DNA of 64,000 nucleotides from Gammaproteobacteria bacterium (GTDB lineage Bacteria; Pseudomonadota; Gammaproteobacteria; JBCCGL01): NCBI GenBank assembly GCA_965277715.1, contig OZ255836.1, positions 1,600,001 to 1,664,000 of the forward strand, read 5' to 3'. Shown piece by piece: positions 60,774 to 64,000 of this stretch (position 1 is its first letter; each line of letters starts with the position of its first letter). The notes under the pieces were generated by a model. It saw only the letters and a program-made list of their open reading frames with translations, ran no database searches and was not told where the DNA came from. The position numbers and the translations under genes were made by a program.

Positions 60774-61004
60774 ATGGGTAAGAAAGTCATAGACGCCAAA
60801 GAAGACAATAAGGGCAACATCACCGCAGTAAAATTATCAGGGAACAGTTCATTCACCCCTGTTGAAACTGCCATAAAAATGGCTGATAAGGGGCAAATAG
60901 ACAATGCTCATGCGGTCCATCCCAAAAGCGGCGCTAAAGATCACCTAAGAACCAATCCAGATAACCGGAAGGGTAACAACTTGGACGAAATGGCAAAGGA
61001 CTAA
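60774..61004 (+). CDS. DUF3892 family small protein
   Basis: 76 aa; GNITAVKL..G...AIKMADKGQI....V......HLRTNPD....NNLDEM pattern. Confidence 0.8.
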   Translation: MGKKVIDAKEDNKGNITAVKLSGNSSFTPVETAIKMADKGQIDNAHAVHPKSGAKDHLRTNPDNRKGNNLDEMAKD

Positions 61005-61048
61005 TGCCCCATCAACAAAACTAACAACTTTATGCGAGAAGGATTTTT

Positions 61049-62965
61049 ATGTTCATTCTAAAAAAAGCGGTAGTCAACAAGTACAAAAGCTATACCACTG
61101 AACAGGAAGTCCAGCTTGAAAGTGATGTGACCACGCTGGTTGGTAAAAATGAAAGTGGTAAGACCGCCTTCTTAGAATCTTTGGCAAAGTTTAACTACTT
61201 CACCGACGATGAAGACTTTAAGTTTGATGAAGTTCAAGACTACCCCAGAAGTGAACTGAAAAAACACCAACGTTCTGGTGACGATCAAAAAGTCATAATC
61301 TGTACATTTCAACTAGATAAAGACACCATCGACGAAATAAATGATGATCTAGGTGAAGGGGTTTTAACTGTTGATTCTTTCACAGTTGCAACAAAGTATG
61401 AAACCGGTCGAGCATGGTATCACTTCAATTCAAATGAAAAAAAGTACCTTGAAAATCTTCAAGGGCAACTAGGATTCTGCGACGAAACCAAAGAAAAACT
61501 ACTGTCATTCAAAAACATCAAGGCTGCGGCAAGTCAAGATGCTGGAGAAGATGAAGAATTAGCTTCGGTTATCAATCATCTTAACACTGAAATTACAAGT
61601 CATGCCGGGAAGTGGGAACCAGTGATTGACGGGTATATTGTCAATGAATACTTGAATCCAAGACTTCCACGCTTTTGGTATTTTGATGAATACCATGAAT
61701 TGCCGTCACGGGTTAGCATTGATTCTATCCGAAGTAATACAACTACTGGCGAGCTAACCAAGCAGCAGTTAGATACAGCCAAAGCACTGTTTGAGCTGGC
61801 GGTTATTGATATTGACGAACTGGCGAATGCTTCAAGTTTTGAATCATTTATTGCTGAACTTGAAGCAACATCAAACGAAATCACTGATCAAATTTTCAAA
61901 TATTGGTCAACTAACGGCAATCTTGAAATCGATTTTAAGATTGACCCTATACACCGCCAAAATCAACAGCCTGAAAAAATTCTTGATATACGTGTAAAGA
62001 ATACCCGGCATAGAATCACTCTGCCATTGAAGAATCGAAGCAAGGGCTTCAATTGGTTCTTTTCGTTTATTGTATGGTTCAGCAAAATTCAGGATGAAAA
62101 AGACAAGAATTTTATTCTTTTGCTGGATGAACCCGGCTTGAATCTACATGCTTCAGCACAAGCCGATTTGCTGCGCTTCATAAACGATCTTTCCGAAGAC
62201 TATCAAATAGTTTACACAACACATTCACCCTTCATGGTTGAGTCGGATGCGCTTCACCGTGTGCGTACTGTTTATGATTCTGAAGACGGAAGCATAATTT
62301 CAGAAGCCATACAGGAAAAAGACCCGGATACATTATTCCCACTTCAAGCGGCGCTTGGTTATGACATTGCTCAAAACCTGTTTGTTTCGAAGAACAATCT
62401 ACTTGTTGAAGGACCGGCAGACCTTAACTATCTAACCTATATGTCTAACTTGCTTGAAAATGAAGGGCGTGAAGAGTTGCGGGATGATATTACAATTGTA
62501 CCTGTTGGCGGTTTGGATAAAGTGGCTTCATTTATTTCGTTACTTCGTGGGTCAAAGCTAAAAATTTCCTGCTTACTGGATAGCTTCAATAATGCCAAGG
62601 GCGCGCAACGACTGGGCGGGCTTATTCAGTCAAAAATAATCAAGGATAAGCATGTTAGATTCTTTGATGAATTTGCCGGTGACGATTACGACAAGGCAGA
62701 CATTGAAGACATGTTTGAAAAAACTGAATACCTTGAAATATTCGGTGAAGCATTCCCTGAACATAAAGGAATAACTGTTTCAGATTTGGACGATAAGAAG
62801 CCAACAATCTTACTTCAGTTGAAAGCCATTCGTAACGGCAAAGACTTCAACCATTTCAAGCCTTCCCAATTGTTATTAAGCAAGGGGCTTGGTGCTGATT
62901 ATTTTTCAAAGAAAACGCTGGATAAGTTTGAAGCCATGTTTAAGGAAGTGAATAGCTTGTACTGA
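61049..62965 (+). CDS. OLD-family ABC ATPase-TOPRIM protein
   Basis: Walker A LVGKNESGKT, signature RSKGFNW, Walker B LLLDEPGLNLH, H-loop TTHSPF, TOPRIM LLVEGPAD...VPVGG...DIEDMF. Confidence 0.88.
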   Translation: MFILKKAVVNKYKSYTTEQEVQLESDVTTLVGKNESGKTAFLESLAKFNYFTDDEDFKFDEVQDYPRSELKKHQRSGDDQKVIICTFQLDKDTIDEINDDLGEGVLTVDSFTVATKYETGRAWYHFNSNEKKYLENLQGQLGFCDETKEKLLSFKNIKAAASQDAGEDEELASVINHLNTEITSHAGKWEPVIDGYIVNEYLNPRLPRFWYFDEYHELPSRVSIDSIRSNTTTGELTKQQLDTAKALFELAVIDIDELANASSFESFIAELEATSNEITDQIFKYWSTNGNLEIDFKIDPIHRQNQQPEKILDIRVKNTRHRITLPLKNRSKGFNWFFSFIVWFSKIQDEKDKNFILLLDEPGLNLHASAQADLLRFINDLSEDYQIVYTTHSPFMVESDALHRVRTVYDSEDGSIISEAIQEKDPDTLFPLQAALGYDIAQNLFVSKNNLLVEGPADLNYLTYMSNLLENEGREELRDDITIVPVGGLDKVASFISLLRGSKLKISCLLDSFNNAKGAQRLGGLIQSKIIKDKHVRFFDEFAGDDYDKADIEDMFEKTEYLEIFGEAFPEHKGITVSDLDDKKPTILLQLKAIRNGKDFNHFKPSQLLLSKGLGADYFSKKTLDKFEAMFKEVNSLY

Positions 62966-62978
62966 TAAAGTGGCGTTT

Positions 62979-63251
62979 TCACGCCACATAGCCACCAGCA
63001 CTAATTTTAGGCGGTGGAAACACTTCATTCAATTGACCCTGAATAAATGCTAGTTGATCTATATTGCCGTAAGGGTCAGTGCCAAGGCTATTAAGAACAT
63101 GCTCAACCCACGGACGAAGGATAATCCCAAATCCTTGGGCACGGTCAACATTTTCAATTTCACAGCAAGCGTCAAACAAGTCCCGCAACTGTTCACTACA
63201 TTTTGTAATCACTATGGATTTTTGACCTACAGCATTAGCCATTTTGTTCAC
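62979..63251 (-). CDS. Hypothetical protein
   Basis: 90-aa ORF in an overlapping minus-strand chain. Confidence 0.55.
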   Translation of the reverse strand: MNKMANAVGQKSIVITKCSEQLRDLFDACCEIENVDRAQGFGIILRPWVEHVLNSLGTDPYGNIDQLAFIQGQLNEVFPPPKISAGGYVA

Positions 63252-63513
63252 CCTTGCGCCATTCTGAAAATGATTTTATGGTCACATCCGCCTTACTGGG
63301 ATCGTATGCCATAGCACTTTCATGAAAGACCCGTTCATTGTCTGTTAGCGTGTCAGGCTTCATAACAGCCTGTTCAGCCAACTTAATAATTTCGTGACCG
63401 CTTGCTGATAGAATTTTTTTAATCTTATTCTTCAGTCGAGTCCGGGCGACAAACAGCTTTTCTTCAGTGCACAGTTGGTCCATTACTGATGGCTCGTTAT
63501 TCATGACTGTCAC
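63235..63513 (-). CDS. Hypothetical protein
   Basis: 92-aa ORF overlapping both neighbours; its tail (KGEQNG) carries the next RBS. Confidence 0.6.
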   Translation of the reverse strand: MTVMNNEPSVMDQLCTEEKLFVARTRLKNKIKKILSASGHEIIKLAEQAVMKPDTLTDNERVFHESAMAYDPSKADVTIKSFSEWRKGEQNG

Positions 63514-63721
63514 CTTCTTTCTGATCGTTAATGCCGATAATCAGCAACCGGTCAAACTGCCCAAAATCTTTGATCATAGAAGTGGTCAGGTCTGAAATAC
63601 CGTTTTCAAGGTGAACAGGTGAAAGCTGTTCAGCACCTTCAAATGTTTCGCCCAAGTAAAGGCAATATTTTTCGTGCTTTGATAGTTGTTGGTAAATTTC
63701 TTGTTTCATGTTTTCCCCCAA
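63497..63721 (-). CDS. Hypothetical protein (likely start at ATG 63709)
   Basis: GGGGGAAAAC before the ATG of MKQEIYQQ; its tail (KEGDSHE) overlaps the next start. Confidence 0.6.
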   Translation of the reverse strand: MGENMKQEIYQQLSKHEKYCLYLGETFEGAEQLSPVHLENGISDLTTSMIKDFGQFDRLLIIGINDQKEGDSHE

Positions 63722-63837
63722 ATGGTTTGTTGTTCTTGTTATTTATGAAGGGTCTGAAACCCGGACTGTCACGAACTCAAACTAAGAAACAGCGGGCTAT
63801 TTTTCAATTGCACCACCCCTGTTATAGCGACAACTGA

Positions 63838-63999
63838 CTAAGCTGCATTAATGTACTGGTAAGCACCTTCAACAATGCCGGGCACACGTTTAACCATCTT
63901 CGCTTCGTTACCAACCACTTGATAAAGCGTTGCTTCAAGTTCATACGGTTCAAGGTGGTGAGTTAGTCGTAAAGCCAACTTATTCAACGCCGCACGGCG
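63838..63999 (-). CDS. C-terminal end of a gene entering from beyond the window
   Basis: Open frame RRAALNKLALRLTHHLEPYELEATLYQVVGNEAKMVKRVPGIVEGAYQYINAA*. Confidence 0.5.
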   Translation of the reverse strand, partial: RRAALNKLALRLTHHLEPYELEATLYQVVGNEAKMVKRVPGIVEGAYQYINAA

Positions 64000-64000
64000 C

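Larger units (their letters stand above)
58015..64000. mobile_element. AT-rich integrative island or prophage end at tRNA-Leu(UAA), continuing beyond the window
   Basis: att-type tRNA fragment, visible drop in GC content right after it, defence cargo and small phage-like genes. Confidence 0.8.

Noticed and set aside
39894-62965. Gabija system (OLD + UvrD-like helicase)
   Set aside because: The only helicase is the housekeeping Rep, 19 kb away and outside the island.

Overview
Gammaproteobacterial chromosome segment in four blocks. (1) 1-21.5 kb: one giant minus-strand ORF (>=6,669 codons, running off the left edge and therefore absent from the ORF track) encoding a LapA/BapA-like repetitive adhesin with ~24 copies of a ~267-aa two-Ig-domain unit. 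A short paralogue with a T1SS C-terminal target domain lies just upstream. (2) 21.7-41.9 kb: housekeeping genes (FAD-linked D-lactate dehydrogenase, clpB, pgi, panCB, FHA protein, MFS, creatinase, DUF2058, sbcB, class III cyclase, phbB, MBL hydrolase, ampED, rep). (3) 41.9-58.0 kb: decayed accessory DNA, comprising a ccdAB pseudogene pair, a 6xCHRD lipoprotein, nested IS481/IS3 fragments, a P2-like tail remnant (R, S, V) carrying a brnTA moron and an apparent WYL-domain insertion in gpS, and an intact ~2,795-aa LamG/FG-GAP protein whose C-terminus looks like a pore-forming module. (4) 58.0-64 kb: an AT-rich island bounded by the duplicated 3' end of tRNA-Leu(UAA), carrying a C-M-R NotI-family restriction-modification operon, a DUF3892 + OLD-family ATPase/TOPRIM pair and small phage-like genes. 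The best candidates for undescribed biology are the LamG/FG-GAP putative toxin, the WYL-in-gpS fusion and the DUF3892-OLD pair. All family assignments come from motif recognition by eye, without database searches.
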